From: Selaginella moellendorffii
Lineage: Eukaryota; Plantae; Lycopodiophyta
Assembly: GCF_000143415.4 (NCBI RefSeq)
Contig: NW_003314297.1
Location: forward strand, 1,456,890 to 1,520,889
DNA length: 64,000 nt
Direction: 5' to 3'
Positions 1-14,574 of this stretch are shown here, one piece after another. The notes beneath the pieces were generated by a model. The model did not search any database, was not told the DNA's origin, and was given only the letters and a program-made list of their open reading frames with translations. Within the stretch, counting starts at the first letter, position 1. The number at the start of each line of letters is the position of its first letter. Both the position numbers and the translations under genes were made by a program.

Positions 1-3000
1 TGTTATTATGTTTTGCTTACATTATCATATATTTTTATATTTTTTATATTTAATAAGGAGTATATACACCACTATTATCTATGGCAGAAATATTTATTCA
101 TAAGATTTAAACTCAAAACCTACTATACACATAGGCATCTTGATTAGCAAAGACCCATACTCAAACTAAGTTTCTAAATTAGTTTGGAATTTGACTAGAT
201 TAGCTTCCAGAACCCCTATAATTTTAGGGAATTATATTTAGAATGCTTAACCTAAATTCATTTTTTTCCTCTTTATTATTTAGCATTTGAGTAGTTTTGT
301 TATCTCCTCTTCTCTTGATGACAAATGTATGACAATTTAACCACTTTGATATCAATAATTTCCTCAAATTCTCTTTTTTAGCTCTAATCAAATTCTAATA
401 CTCTATAAAAGTTATATGAAGCATTACAACAATCCATAAATTAAGGCTAAAAAGGAAGATGGGAACGAACAAATGACAATGGTAAAACATGAGAAAGGTT
501 AGTTGGGATTATTATGTGTAAAAGAATGGAAGCTAATAAAAAGAAAGTTTAAGGGGGAGAAAGAAGAAGAATTGCATGGTCCACCTCCAATAGCAGTGTT
601 AATCTAGAATAGATAATAAACAATCCTAAAATAGACAAAAGGCAATCCTAGAACAAGTACCTCATGATGTTATAGACACTTAGATGTATGCTTTGTGAGT
701 GGTATATATCAACTTTTATTATAATTAGCATTTTTTCCATTCAAATGAGTATTGTAAACAACTTTCAGTTTGCTACTAAGATCTTGTCTTTCACTAATGC
801 CACATCACCCTTGTGCAACTCAAAACTAATAATTACTAACAATTAAGATAACATATTTTTTTTTATGGCATGAAGTTATTTAGAATGTGTGGAAGAACAT
901 TTAAAACTTGAGTTGTACGTGAGTTTATACCATGCCCTTTCATCCTTGATAACAATATTATATTATTTCTCCCTCAAATATTTGATATCCTTTAATGTCA
1001 CTATCACTATCATGTCATGATATGCTAATGCCGCACACATGAAGTCATAAAGCCTATTGGTACAACCTTTTTAATGATTATATAAATTGTTTCTTTTACT
1101 CTCTTAGCTTGTAATTGTTGAAATTCTTTTAGATCCACTTCAAGAATATCATTTGTTGGCCCATATGGCATCTTTATTTACTTTTTAAGTGGTAGTATTT
1201 TTTCAATCTTGACCCATATAAGCTAAATGGGACTATCAGTGCATCTTGACACATGGATACTTTGGAATATTTAAATATCACCATTTGGTACATTGTCTTT
1301 AACCCTTGCTTCCTTATTAATGATACTTCTATTTCCGGATTTATTCCCTCTAGGATTAACTTTGATAAAAAGGCCTTACCTTTACTCTCCACCTTATCTA
1401 CCCACTATTTTTTGATCTTATCAACTATAGATAATTTTATTCCATTGTACCTAATTGGTTTTTCATAAACTTGGACCACTATACCTCTAATCATCAACTC
1501 TTTAATATGTCTTTTTTGTTTTTGCTTGGCCATACACTTTTCTCTATTAATTTATAACTTTATTTTCTTTTTTATTAATCCTTTTACCTCCTTTCCTGCC
1601 ATCGGGCTCATTTTTTCTTCCTTCCTCTCATTTTCTTCCCAAAAAATTTTAAAACATGAAAAACCCCTTTGCAAAGAATAATTTTGTTTAACCTTTCTTT
1701 TGTTTTTAACTGAAAACTTCCACACTATCTACACACTTCCTTTTCAAATTATTCATTTCTTTCATCCTTTATTGTAGTCTTTGCTTTGCCTTTTGTTGGA
1801 GAGTTAACCAAATCCTTTACCCAGAACTTGTTAAATAACTTTTGAAATCTTTCATCCTCTCTAAATCTTGTTTAATCTTGATTTTCTATATTCGCTAATA
1901 AAATATATCCCACTTGCACCTCCTTCAAATGAGCTTAGTCAAATGCACTCCATGGCTCGTCCTTCTATAATACTCATCATTGCTATTGACTTTGCTATAA
2001 ATATATCTATTTTATATTTTAGAAAAGATTAATATAGAATTTAACCTTTTCTCTATATACCTCAAACTTGTGTGTTTAATCTTGCTTTGATGTATGCAAA
2101 TTTTACCCTCAATTGCTATTTTTTTTCCCCCTGAAACATTATTTCCTAGTTATGAATTTTATAGTTTTTTTTTCCCCTACCACTTTTATTTTCATTGCCC
2201 TTGCTCAATTTCTCATCTTTGTGAATGATCTCTTTATGCTAACACATTCATTTTCACTACTTTATTGCATCCCATCTTGAGAAAAAAAAAATACTCATTA
2301 AATAAAAAAGTCAAGGTTATATAGTGGGGTTCTAGAGTATCACATGTCTCTTCCCCATTAGTTGTCTCCTTTCCCACATTTGTTTTTATGATGTAAACTA
2401 TATTGATATAAATCTTAGATATCTTGGCATCTCATCAATTAAAGATTTGTTATACTTTTAGTTCTCAATATCTATGCCCACCTTATAATAGAACACCACA
2501 TGTCAATAATTCCTTCTTTTGATTCATCCTAAAATTTCATGAAAATTATTTGGGCTTGGGACTATATAGATTCAAAAGCAAAAAGATCATAGTCTTAAGC
2601 AAAAGAAATTATTAAGAATATGCAAGATTGGGGAGGTTAGAGCTATTAAAATTGAAAGGGTAAATAGTGTAGACAATGCAAAGTCAGATTGGGATTGAAA
2701 TGTTTAAATGAAAAAAAACCATTGACATCAACAATGAAAGTGCAATTGTTTATGGATGAATCAACAGTGAAAAGTGGAAATACATAACCAAAGGAGAAAA
2801 ATATGGGAAATTATGATACAACACTTACATGGTGTTTAATTGGTAATCCTAAATTAGCTACCGCAAATTAAGTAAAATTTAGAAAGGTGGAAGTATGGGT
2901 AAACCATGGAAAAACATGATTAAATTAGAAAAATGAGCAATAACAGTAGTAGGGAAAATTAGGGAAGAATATAGGAAGGAGGGCAATAAGTAAAGACTTT

Positions 3001-3026
3001 TCATATATAATAAATAAATAAACAAG

Positions 3027-3210
3027 AATAAACAACCAAAGGGAATGCTTTAAAAGACAATCTATAGAAATTCAAATATAGAAGGAAAGGGCCTATAAAT
3101 AGTAGTGCACCCCAATCAATGAAATGAGTTATAGGATATTTGGGGTTAAGGGTCCTTGGGTTTGAATAGTATTAGAACTTATACTTAGAGCTTATACTAG
3201 AGCTTATAAG
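3027..3210 (+). mobile_element. Degenerate Cassandra-like (5S-derived) solo LTR
   Basis: Aligns by eye to the reverse complement of 50115-50308, including 'gttaagggtccttgggtttgaatagtattag' (5S A-box/IE-like). C-box region deleted; ends approximate. Confidence 0.55.
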
Positions 3211-3569
3211 AAATTGTTAACATATGGTATTATGTGCAATAATACAGATATGGGGTGGAGTTTTAATTGAGGAAAGGTTTAGTAATTTAAGATTTACATC
3301 AATATATTAATAGAGGAAAAAGAAAAATGTGGGAAAGGTGATAACTAGTGCGAAAGAAATACATGTTGGTTTAGAACCCTATTATATAACTTAGACTTAT
3401 TAATTTAATAAACACTTTTTTTTTCAAAAGGGGAAGTAAGAAAGTAGTGAGGAAGCTTATGGTAATGCAAAAAAATCACTTATAACGGTGAAAAATCATG
3501 GAAAAAGGGCAAGTGTGAAGAGAATTTAAGTGGTGGGAAAAAAATGCAACAAGGGTTAGTGATAAAAAA

Positions 3570-4463
3570 TATAGGACACATAAATTTAAACTTGAACTCC
3601 AAGTCTATTGCATTATGAAACGAAAGTCCAATACACCCTCAATCCTATGACCACCAGCTCCCCATATCCAACATCTACATGTAGAACAGTGTCAGATGGT
3701 GTTTATCATGATTTCAACATATTAGTGGCCTAACACAATAAGGTGGGTACCTATTGACTAATATAGTATAGAGCTTTGGCTTAGATCTAAATTAGGAATA
3801 GAACAAAAAGCAACACAATCTAAAAGAAGCTAAACTATTTTTTTAAGTGGTTAATTATGCAATCTAACTACTATCCCTACTATACATTTGAAACCCCTTA
3901 TAGGCCTCACCCTTAGCTTTCACCCAAGTCTCAGGAATTAGTCTTTTGAACAAGTATGAAAATTTATTAAATAATAAATGACACTAGATTATGAATTTGG
4001 ATATAACAACAATACTATAGAGTTCAAGACAATCTCTATATTTTGTAAATATACTTCTTGAGTAGATCTAAATATTTATCATAAATAGCATATAGATCCG
4101 GAAATAGAACTAGTATATGGGGCATGATAATGAGGCTATTTGGCATATATAGTAAGCTATTATATAATGATATTAAGGGATGACACTCAATATTATAGGG
4201 GTTCCCAACACAAGCAAATGCAAGTCAAAAAATGAATTTATCTAACTAAATCAAATATGCTTGAATAAAGTTTATTTAAGAATTTAGTCTTTATGCTCAT
4301 TCAGTCAATTATATATATGATAATCAATTTTTCAACTAGCTTAGATAGAGACTATAAAAGAAACTAATAGTATTGACCTTTTGTCATTATGGCAGTAAAG
4401 AAAGAGTATTTGTAAGGACTAGCCAACAAGTATCTTTTGATACCTAAAATTACATTTGCAATA
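3570..4463 (-). mobile_element. Old, decayed solo LTR related to family B
   Basis: Both ends and the internal 'ctatccctactatacatttg' motif match the solo LTR at 46397-48944. Confidence 0.55.
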
Positions 4464-5910
4464 GAAAAATAACAATTCAGAGGGAAGAAAAGATAATGTT
4501 TAAGGTCAAGATCTACACAGATCAAAATGAGATTAAACACATAAATTTAAGGTACATAGGGAGAAAGTCAAATTCTAAATTTACCTTTTCTAAAATCTAA
4601 AAAGCAAGGATGCCTAGAGCAAAATCAATAGTGAAGATGAGTATTATAGTAGGACGAGCCCACAAAGTTCAATTGACTAAAGTGGTTTTTAAAAGTGTAT
4701 GATTCAAAAGAGGTGCAAGTGGGAAAAATTTCATTTATAAATATGGAAAATTAAGGTGAAGTAGAATTTAGAAAGGACCAAAAATTGTTATTTTGTAAAT
4801 CAGCTAAAAGATTTCGTATAAAGGATTTAGGTGATTCTTCAACAAAAAGCAAAGCAAAAATTATAATGAAAGATGAAGGAAAGGAATAATCTAATAAAAA
4901 AGTGCAGGAGGAGTCTTTGGGAGAAAATAAAAAGGATTAACTAGAATTAAACTTTAAAATGGGGTTTTCCATATTTTAAAGCTATTTAGGAGGTAAATAA
5001 AAAGAGGAAAGAAGAAATGAGGGAAATGGAGGAAGAAAAGGTGAAATAATTTAGAAATAAATGGTAAATACCATTCTAATATAAATGTCAAAAATTCTTA
5101 TACTTCATGATTATCCTTTAAAGGTTTGAATTAGCTGCTCCACCAAATTATCCATTTGTGGATGATAAATACTCGTGAAAAGTGTAATTAAGACATTAAA
5201 ACATGAAATGTTTCAACCATAAACGTGAGACATTCACTCTATACAAGAATGCTAGAACACAAGTCAATTCAAAAAGATGTATTTAATAACAACTGCAAAC
5301 ATACTAATAAAAGCACTAATTTCTATCTAATAAGTATTTTAAGCAATAATGATGTACTCATTTTTGGCAATGAGCTATGGAAAAGGCCCCATCAAATTAA
5401 ACACCACCAACTCAAAGAACAAAAAACTATAATTGACTTCATTCATTATTTTGTAACACAAATGGGAATATTATGAGTTTGGCACCAAACATAGCTAAAA
5501 ATATATCAAATGACATCATATTATATTTCCAATTAATATAAAGATATGTACAACTTCTCAGTTACACAACAATATCCCATATACCTACTTAAAATAGGAA
5601 AGTCATGGTAGACATAGGAAAACCATGGAATAAAGACTAAATGCACTATGGCAAGTCATTAATAAATGTTACAGGGTTGTCAAACCCATTATGAAGCCTT
5701 CAAATCCACGATTCAATCTTGTGAATTTCACAAACCTCTCTAAAGAAATTAAATCCAACTCTACACCTTATGGACATTGAACATTAAGCACAATAATTGC
5801 CAATAGTCTAGAAAATCACAAATGTAGGAATAATAGACTTCTTAAAAATAAGAAAAGAAAGCAAATAATAAATAAGTGCTCAACAAAGAGCATTAGCCTC
5901 AACTATAGAA

Positions 5911-6120
5911 TGTAAGCTCATGAATTTAGACTTCCTAGGAGGTCACCCAACTCAGTATTATTCAAACCCAAAGATGTTTAACCTCAAGTATCCCAAAACT
6001 CTTAACCAATTGTATCTCAAGACTTTTAACCAATTGGAAAAAGGGGTGCATTTGGCCTTTTTCCTTTTATATTTAAACCCCATGAATTGTCTATTGAGTT
6101 GTTCTTTTTAATTGCTTACA
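5911..6120 (-). mobile_element. Cassandra-like TRIM solo LTR with 5S-rRNA-derived segment
   Basis: TGTAAG...CTTACA termini and 5-bp TSD TAGAA (5906-5910 / 6121-6125). Contains 'gacttcctaggaggtcacccaactcagtatta', the reverse complement of the 5S C-box region. Confidence 0.8.
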
Positions 6121-7073
6121 TAGAACTCCTTGAGCAATAAATAACCTTGAAGTGATATATATGAATCTTCAAGGCCCATTAAATAATACTATGAGACACA
6201 AATCCCTAAGCCCTAAATTGGAGCCGAAAGGGTGCCATGTGGTAGTGGTTGAAGCAAAAGCCAAACAAATATAACACGTTTGGACTAAAAGCTCTAATTT
6301 AAATAGTTGAGAGTGGGAGTGAAACTCCCAACAAAGTGCTCGAGGAATGAGCACGAAGCAAGCAATAAGTGAGTCTCTAAAAAAGGGACACAAGAGAACC
6401 AATACATGATACTTAAAAGTGTTGAGACAGAGTTCGAAATGGAGTTCGAGAAGGACTTCGAGGAGTCCAAGATGGACCCGAGATGGAGTCCAAGATGGAG
6501 TCTGAGATGTACCTGAAATGGAGTCCAAAATGGAGTCTAATATGGACCTAATATGGAGTCTGATATGGACCCAAGATGGAGTCCGAGATGGATTCCAGAT
6601 AGACCTGAGAGAGTCCAAGTTCGACCCAAAATGGAATCCAAGATCGACCCAAGATGGAGTCTAAGATGGACCCAAGATGGAGTTTGAGATGGACCTGAGA
6701 TGGAGTTTGAGATGGAGTTTAAGGTTGAGTCCAAAATGGACCTAAGATAGAGTCCGAGGTCAAGGCCGAGACCAAGACCGAGATCGAGACCAAGTCCGAG
6801 ATAGACTTGAGATAAAGTTTGAGATGGACCCAAGATGGAGTCCGAGATGGAGTCCAAGGTTAAGTCCAAAATGGACCTAAGATAGAGTCCAAGGTCAAGG
6901 CTGAGACCAAAACCGAGACTGAGATCGAGTCTGAGTCCGAGACCAAGTCCAAGACCAAGACCAAGATCGAGACCAAGACTAAGACTGAGACTGAGACCGA
7001 GACCGAGACCAAGCCCGAGACCAAGTCCGAGACCGAGACTGAGATCGAGTTTGAGTCTAAGTCCAAGTCCAAG

Positions 7074-8253
7074 TGTAAGGAACCAACTTGCCGAGGTGTC
7101 GTAGGCTAAAGGAACCCCGAAAGCATGACCAAAATGACAAAGAGTTCATCGGATGGGACCAAGTCGAAGATCGAGTCCAAGACCGACTCTGAGACCGAGT
7201 TCGAGATAGAGTCTGGAATCGAGTCCGAGGCCAACTCAGGGACCGAGTTCGAGACTGAGTTCGAGATGGAGTCCGAGATCCGAAATCGGGTCCGAGACCG
7301 AGTCCGAGGTCGAGTCCGAGGTTGGGTCCGAGATCGGGTCCGAGATCGAGTCCGAGATCGAGTCCGAGACCGAATCCGAAGTCGGATATGAAATCGAGTC
7401 TGAGACCGAATCCGAAGTCGGATCCGAAATCGAGTCCGAGATCGAGCCAGAGATTAAGTCCAAATACTAATACGGGTCAAGGGGTGAAAGCCCAAAGCGT
7501 GCGTCTCCCGGGGGGGGGGGGGGGGGGGGTTCCAAAAGTATAGTAGGGATAGTGAGGTCCAGGAACTAGTTTTGAAGGGACTCTCTAGTGGGGCTTCCAA
7601 ACCGACTTGAGGTTGAGACTGGGACTGAGGGGCCTTGGGTGGGAGTGAGTATGGACTTGGTTGGTGCCGGAGGGGCCATCCAAGGAAGTGCTCAAGAGTA
7701 GCTCCCACTCCCGAAAGGGAAACCGATTGCGGTGCTCCCGGCTCATGTGGAGTGGTGCCCCACTTGAGTACCATGTGGCTCATTGGTCCTCGCCCTTCCT
7801 AGGGGCTTGGGCCTTCCTTCGGGATGGAAGTGGAGGGGTAAAGGTACCCATACCGGGCCGTTAGGCCACGGTGTTTCGCCCCGGCGCCCCGAAGCAAGTG
7901 TTGCACCCAAGACTTGGGATTTAGAGGGTCCCATGATCAAGTCTTGTGGTACCAAGGGGTGTTAGGAACTTGGAGGCTTGGTGTGCTTGGCTGCTTGTGC
8001 CTACGGGGAGTGTAGCCGAACCTTAAGTCTAGTCTAACCCGGGGAGGGGGATTGGGAGAGATTTGGGAATCCGTGGATGGATGGCTAACGCTCCGTTGCT
8101 CGTGCAGTGAGTAGCTGAAACCAAGTAGGACCAAGTAGGAGCTGGTACCATAGGCGGGAATCTTGGCGAGGGAACTTAGCAAATGCCAAGGCAGTGTTGG
8201 ACGGGTAGTCGAGGTAAGCTGGCAAATTGGAATGGAAACATTTGTGGCTTACA
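7074..8253 (+). mobile_element. Solo LTR, family C (1,180 bp)
   Basis: TGTAAG...CTTACA termini and TSD CCAAG (7069-7073 / 8254-8258). Inserted in the microsatellite tract of the old family-A LTR. Confidence 0.85.
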
Positions 8254-11200
8254 CCAAGCTTGAGTCCTAGTCCGAGTCCGAGTCCAAGCTTGAGTCCAAG
8301 TCTGAGTCCAAGCTTGAGTCCAAGTCCGAGTCCAAGTCCAAGGGTAAAAGCCCAAAGCATTTGTTTCCCAGACCCTAGGGGGTTTGGTGAGCTCCAAAAG
8401 TATAATAGGGGGAAGACTTTAATGGAGCCAATTTGGCCAAAAAAGGCCAGTATGACCAAGGAAGGCTATACTCATATAGTGGGTGATGATATAACCACTA
8501 AAGAGCCCAAGGCTAGAGTGAATATGGACAGACAAATGGGGTAACTTAGTGAAGTGTTCAAAAGTTAACTCTAGCTCCCCCAGGAGATCGAATGGTTGAT
8601 ACTCCCAATCCAAGTGTGGGTGGCACTACTTACTTGGATACTTAGCGTGGTTCATTGGAACCTCGCTCTAGCTATATGGCTAGAGCACATAAAGGCAGAA
8701 GGTAGGGAGAGTACCCACAAGGTTGGCATAGGGCCACGGTGTTTCGAAATATTATCCCAAAGCCCCAAACTATGGAAAGGAAGAGGAGCAATCCTCTAAT
8801 GTAGTAACCAAATATATAGTCCAGGGTGAGGAAGTCCCAAGGACAATAAGACTTAGTGGTCAGGCCTTTGAGCCTTGACCCAATGGCAGTGTTGGTGAGT
8901 ACAACTATGGATGAAAGGGGACTTGGTGGGGATGGAAAAAAGGACATTGGGGAAGGGGGTTCCCCATGTTTGTGGGCATCCTAGGGGTGCTGAAGTGTGG
9001 TCAAGGGATGATCACTCATAGACAGATGACCTAGTCTTTGAGAAATGGGACTGTGATGGTCTTAGACTACTGATATGACAAGGATGAACGGGCATGGCGT
9101 TAGGATAACAGGCTGATATGTTGGTGGTACCTTTGGGTGTCAGTCATAGAATCGGACATGTGGAGCACTTGGACTAAATGCAAAGGTTGAGTGGCATAGA
9201 TGCCATTCACAAGGCTAGGAAGTCCTTAAATCCGAAATATGATTTATGGAGGTTATGAGTGAGGACTCTTCTAAGTGGTCAGAGGTGTGGTTAAATGACT
9301 AAAATAGTTAGTCGCTTATAATTTGGTGTCGAAGTTATTTGTTAGTCTGATTTTTATTGGTGATCAAGTATATCACCACTTGTGTTGGCATCGAAAGGTT
9401 CTAGGAGTGGGTCTATCCTTGAGGAGTAGCAAGTTGAGAGGACATGGCTTTCCATTACAATTCATGTATGAACTTATAAGCAATGTGGTGAATAGAAAAG
9501 GGCCAATAAAGGAATAACTTTAGGATTTTGGGAACAATATAAGGTTTTCCTTAGAGAGTTGGATGTAACCTAGATAAGCGTTTGACTTAGCAAATTGGAT
9601 AATGTAGTTATAGTAAAAAACTATAATTGGGATCACGGGAAAGATAGTGTCGCAAATGTGACTTCGGTAACTTTTGATACCCTTGTGTTACCTGTCGGCC
9701 AGTCCTTACAGACGCTCTTTCCCTACTACAACGATGGCAGGAGGTCGGTATTGTTGGACCTTTTATCAACTCCTCTTGTTCAATTGTTAGTAAACTGGAC
9801 TTTACATCTATACTTGGCCGGATGAGCATAAGGACAGAATTCCTAAGTGTCTATTCAGCCAAACATACTTGGCTCAGCTTTTTAGTTCTCTTTTGCTTTG
9901 TCTTGCACTGGCTTGACAAGAACCCTTGTGTATTGAGATTAATCCCTCAATATCACTGAATGATAGCTTACCGTGTCTGCCAAACACCCTCGTTATCATG
10001 CCCTTTGCATTAGTCTCATTTCAGTCCCAAATGCTATTTATGGAAAATATCTGGATTTGCTCATTTAACATATCTACGGAATGTAAAGATTGGCTTGAAC
10101 ACAATGGTGTTTGTCCTGTGTCCAAATTCGCAATCTAATGCTATTCCATATTTAGTAAGTTTCAAGCTTGTCCCAGAGACTAACTCCTGATACTAAGGGA
10201 GGTTTGGGGTGAAAGCGCAAAGCGTGTGTTCCTCAAGGGGGGGGGGGGCTGTGGGGGGTTCCAAATGTATAGTAGGGATAGGGATAGGGGGTAGGCCAAC
10301 CAACCTGAGCCATAGTTTAGCTCTCGCTTGCGTGCCTGTCCTTGTTCTGCATCTGGCTTGAGTCTAAGCCCAAGTTCCATTCCATGCTAGCTGGTGGAGT
10401 ACCCATGTCCTTGCGTTAGGCCACCGGTATGCTGAAATAGCGCCAGACTCCGTTTGGCTCCATTTTGCGTGCTAGTCCTGGCATTGGAATGTTGGTTGCT
10501 CTAGGACTGATCTAAGTCGCTCCGGGCTCCTGTCCCTTTGCTCCTTGGGCTGTATACTCGAGAGTTGCTCCGTGGTCTGGTTCCGTCCTTCCTTGGCTCC
10601 ATACTTGGGAGTTTGGCACCGTTCTTTCATTCAGTGGCCCAAGGCTTTGAAAATCGGGTTTCACACCACTGTCCTTTGGATATGTGGTATGTGACACATG
10701 GCATCTATCACATGGCACAAAGAGGGTTTAGGTTTCGCTTCGTGGTGTTATCCTATGGTAAATCACCATACGATAAAGGGTAAAAATCACATGCACTACA
10801 TTTGGTATCAGAGGATGAGTCTCAGTGAGTACTATACAATGAGATTGGGCAACTAGTCTCGTTGTATACACAGAGATGAAAATGATGATCCGAGTGGGTA
10901 CACGTTTGGGTGCAAAAGCTTCGCAATTGTTCCTTAGGTATGGATTAATTACCTTGTTGTACCTTATAATGTGAGCTTGCTCTTGGGCTCATAGGATGGA
11001 TTTGAGATGTTTTGTTTGCACAAGTTTGAGCTTGGGCTCATGAGTAAGGCACATTAGCAACTTGAGGTTACACCTTGAGTTGGCAGGATTAATGCTAGCC
11101 TATCGTTGGTTCTATGAGTTGTTCTAGTGGTTTCATGAGTTGTTCCATGTACCGTGAATGAAAGTAAACCTTCCCTAGGTTTTCTATAAGTGGCAAATAG

Positions 11201-12639
11201 GTTGGTCCGTAGCTATTTAGCACGACACCAGTGGATCCTTCTTAGGCATGATTACAAGTGGATCAACCAAGACTATAAAGATGAGTCTATTGATTCAAGT
11301 AATCATTGCTATGCTCTCTCATAAACTCTTCTTGGATTGGATTGAAGGCAGTGCGAAAGCAAGCTTGAGGTTTTAGTCAAAGATGAGACCGAAAAGAGAG
11401 TCATCGGGGACGAAGGATCAAACACGTAAATCATTTTTTCTTTTGGAAAGATGATTTGCAACGAGGTGTAATTCATTGCTCGTATTCACAATATGCAATC
11501 AAAAGTCCCTACCTTGATGCGTGTTGGAAATGATAGTCTTGCAAAGGGTGAGTCATGGGATGGATAGTGGTGAAGCGCTAAACCATTTTGTCTAGGCTTG
11601 CTATTGGAAGACTTGGGTTACAATGCTCAATTCTTTTCCGAGAACCTTGCTATTGCTCTTTGAGTAGCTTGGTGTTAGATTAGTTTTGAGTTTGGTCAGA
11701 AAGAGAGTGGCATGAGCTTGTCCATGTTGTGAACAAAAGTTAGTGGTGTTAGGTGTTGTAAATCTCTATCGATGGGGTGTAACATTTATGTTGCATTTTA
11801 TCGAATTGAGTTGGCACTTGATAGTCACATAAACCTTTGAAGTAATGACATAGGTGTTGCTCGTGATGTTCCTCAATTGATGACCAAGTCATTATGATAC
11901 TTATATCATATCCATGAGATAGTGAGCGATGTGTTTACGAAGTTGCTTGAGTAAACAATGATCAACCCTAAAGTGGTTGATGGTGAAGCTAGTCTACTTG
12001 CAAGTAGTAGCATTGTAGTAGCTTTGACTAGATTCTCGATGGTGGTCCATTATGCTAAGCTTAAGTTGGTATCTTGTTTCCTTGAGTTTGCCCATAAGAT
12101 GTTAGACAGGGTTTGTGAGACACAAAATTCCTAGGCCCCTAAACTGGAGCTGGAAAGGGTGCCACGTGGTAGTGGCCGAAGCGAAAGCCAAACGAGCATA
12201 ACACGTTTGGACTAAAAGCTCCGACTTGGAAGGTCGAGAGCGGGAGTGGAACTCCCAACAAAGTGCTCGAGGAGCAAGCACGAGGCAACCAATAAGCAAG
12301 GCTCCAAAAAGGGACCCAAAAAGGACCAACACATGACACGTGGAAGTGTCCGAGATGGACCCAAAGTGGAGTCCGAAGTGGAGTCCGAGATGGAGTCCGA
12401 TATGGAGTCCGAGATGGACCCGAAGTGGAGTCCGATATGGAGTCCGAGATGGACCCGAAGTGGAGTCTGATATGGAGTCCGAGATGGAGTCCGAGATGGA
12501 CCCGAAGTGGAGTCCGATATGGAGTCCGAGATGGAGTCCAAGATGGACCCAAGATGGAGTCCGAGATGGACCCGAGATGGAGTCCAAGATGGACCCGAGA
12601 TGGAGTCCGAGATGGAGTCCGAGATGGAACCGAGACCGG

Positions 12640-12688
<49 letters not shown>

Positions 12689-13365
12689 TCCGAGTCCAAA
12701 TCCAGGACCGAGACCGAGTCCGAGTCCGAGTCCGAATACTAATACAGGCAGTTGGGTGAAAGCCCAAAGCGATCGTCCCCTAGGGGGGGGGGGCTGCGGG
12801 GGGTTCCCAAAGTATAGTAGGGAGAGTGTGGGGGTTAGAGCCCAGTGGAGCCAATTTGGCCAGGAAAGGCCAGTTTGGCCCAGGAAGGCCAGACCCAGTG
12901 TTGGGTGATGAGCTGACCACTGGGAAGTCCAAGACTAGAGTGAACACGGACCGACAAGCGGGGTAGCTTGGTGAAGTGTTCAAGAGCCGGCTCTAGTTCC
13001 CCCGGGAGATCGACTGGCCGATGCTCCCAATCCAAGTGTGGGTGGCACTACCTACTTGGATACCAGGCGTGGCTCAATGAAACCTCGCTCTAAGCCCATG
13101 GCTAGAGCACCCAAGGGCGGAAGGCGGGGAGAGCACCCAGGTGGCTTGCGTAAGGCCACGGTGTTCCGAAATGTTGTCCCAAAGGCCCAAACTGTGGAAA
13201 GGAAGAGGAGCAATCCTCTGGGGTAGTGACCAAGGACACAGTCGTGTGGTGAGGAAGTCCCAGAGGACTGTGGGACTTAGTGATCGGGCCTGTGGGCCTC
13301 GATCCAGTGGCAGTGTTGGCAAACATGGCCAGGGGTAGAAAGGGACTTAGTGGCGACTGACAGAG

Positions 13366-13389
13366 AAGCTCTATTTCGTTAAAGTGGGA
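13366..13389 (+). repeat. Left terminal inverted repeat AAGCTCTATTTCGTTAAAGTGGGA
   Basis: Exact reverse complement of 26538-26561. Confidence 0.97.
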
Positions 13390-14574
13390 TTTATTCAGTA
13401 AAATGGGACTAGGTACAAATTTTCAAGTATTTGAAAATGACGTGAAATTATATGTTTTTTGTCCAGGGGCTAAACATATCTGGGGCATGGTGACTAGCGC
13501 GGTGACTTTATGTCCAGACTGAGTCCATCTGGTTGTATAATAAATCTCATTGTCAAGGTGAACAAGCTGAATCTGAAGCTAAAGAAGAGTGATGGCATGC
13601 GCGCACACACTATTTGTTTGTTCATTGAGCGTGTGGTGAGCTTTCCAAGATGAACGTCATTCCTATTAGCCAGACATATCACTTAATGGTGAGAACATTT
13701 AGATATTATTCAATGTTATCTTTTTCTAACGAATCTAATTGTGAAGGTGTAGCAAGAGGCATTGCTAGTCTGGAGAAGTCATTTAACTCATTTGACCACC
13801 CTTAGTGTATTTTCATGAAACTAAATAACATTCATATTATTAAGGAATTTCTCTAGTACCTTTTTTTTACGACATAGAGGCTTGCATTTCTTTCAAAGGT
13901 GATTTAGTAAAAGGCCTGAGGGCACATGCCATTCTATTTCTCAGACCGGTATTAAGATATACTAGTGCAAAGGGAAAAAGGTATTTGGTGATCAAGTAAA
14001 TGGCATGAGGGCACACGCTATTATAAGCCTAAGCGCTAGTGGACACCTCCTTTTTGGTACTCTTAGCGGTACTATCATCCTTCTCCGGGTCAGTTGTTTT
14101 GCTTTGGATTGTTGTCTCTGACGTTACTGGGGCGTTCTCGATAGTTGTTAATGTTGCCGTTTGTTCAGAAAAATGATCACCTGGAGTATAGTACGGGGAG
14201 TTTGGAAGACTTATATATTCTACATCTTCACCTATCTCCTTCTCCGTTTCCTTTTCTGCCTCACTTACAGATTTTGTGCTTGCCATGAGAACGCTCTTCA
14301 CCCTAAAATATGGAGTTCGTTGTGTTATAAAAGGAAACCAACACACACGCTGCAAGGGAATGATGGTACATAAAGTACGTAAGCCCACAATATGGGTTTA
14401 TGTGCCATTAATATGGGCCACACGCCATATTATTAGATTTATGCACGTGTGATTGGTAAATGCATATGTCACATCATCTTTGTTTTACCTCACACACTAT
14501 ATCAGGCCTCCTCTGATTCAGATTCGGATTGTTCACCTTGAAATAAAATACATTAGAAACTTAGTAAAGGAATA

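Larger units (their letters stand above)
1..5900. mobile_element. Highly decayed, AT-rich LTR-retrotransposon remnants (two related copies in opposite orientation)
   Basis: ~1690-2480 is homologous to the reverse complement of ~3240-3560 plus ~4490-5060 (e.g. 2031-2090 vs 4521-4580). Degenerate PBS-like 'tggtattatgtgc' follows '...ttgttaaca' near 3222. No intact ORF. Confidence 0.5.

Noticed and set aside
14029-14388. 119-aa Ser/Thr/Glu-rich ORF downstream of the transposase
   Set aside because: No recognisable domain or secure splice model; it may be a 3' exon but I cannot support that.
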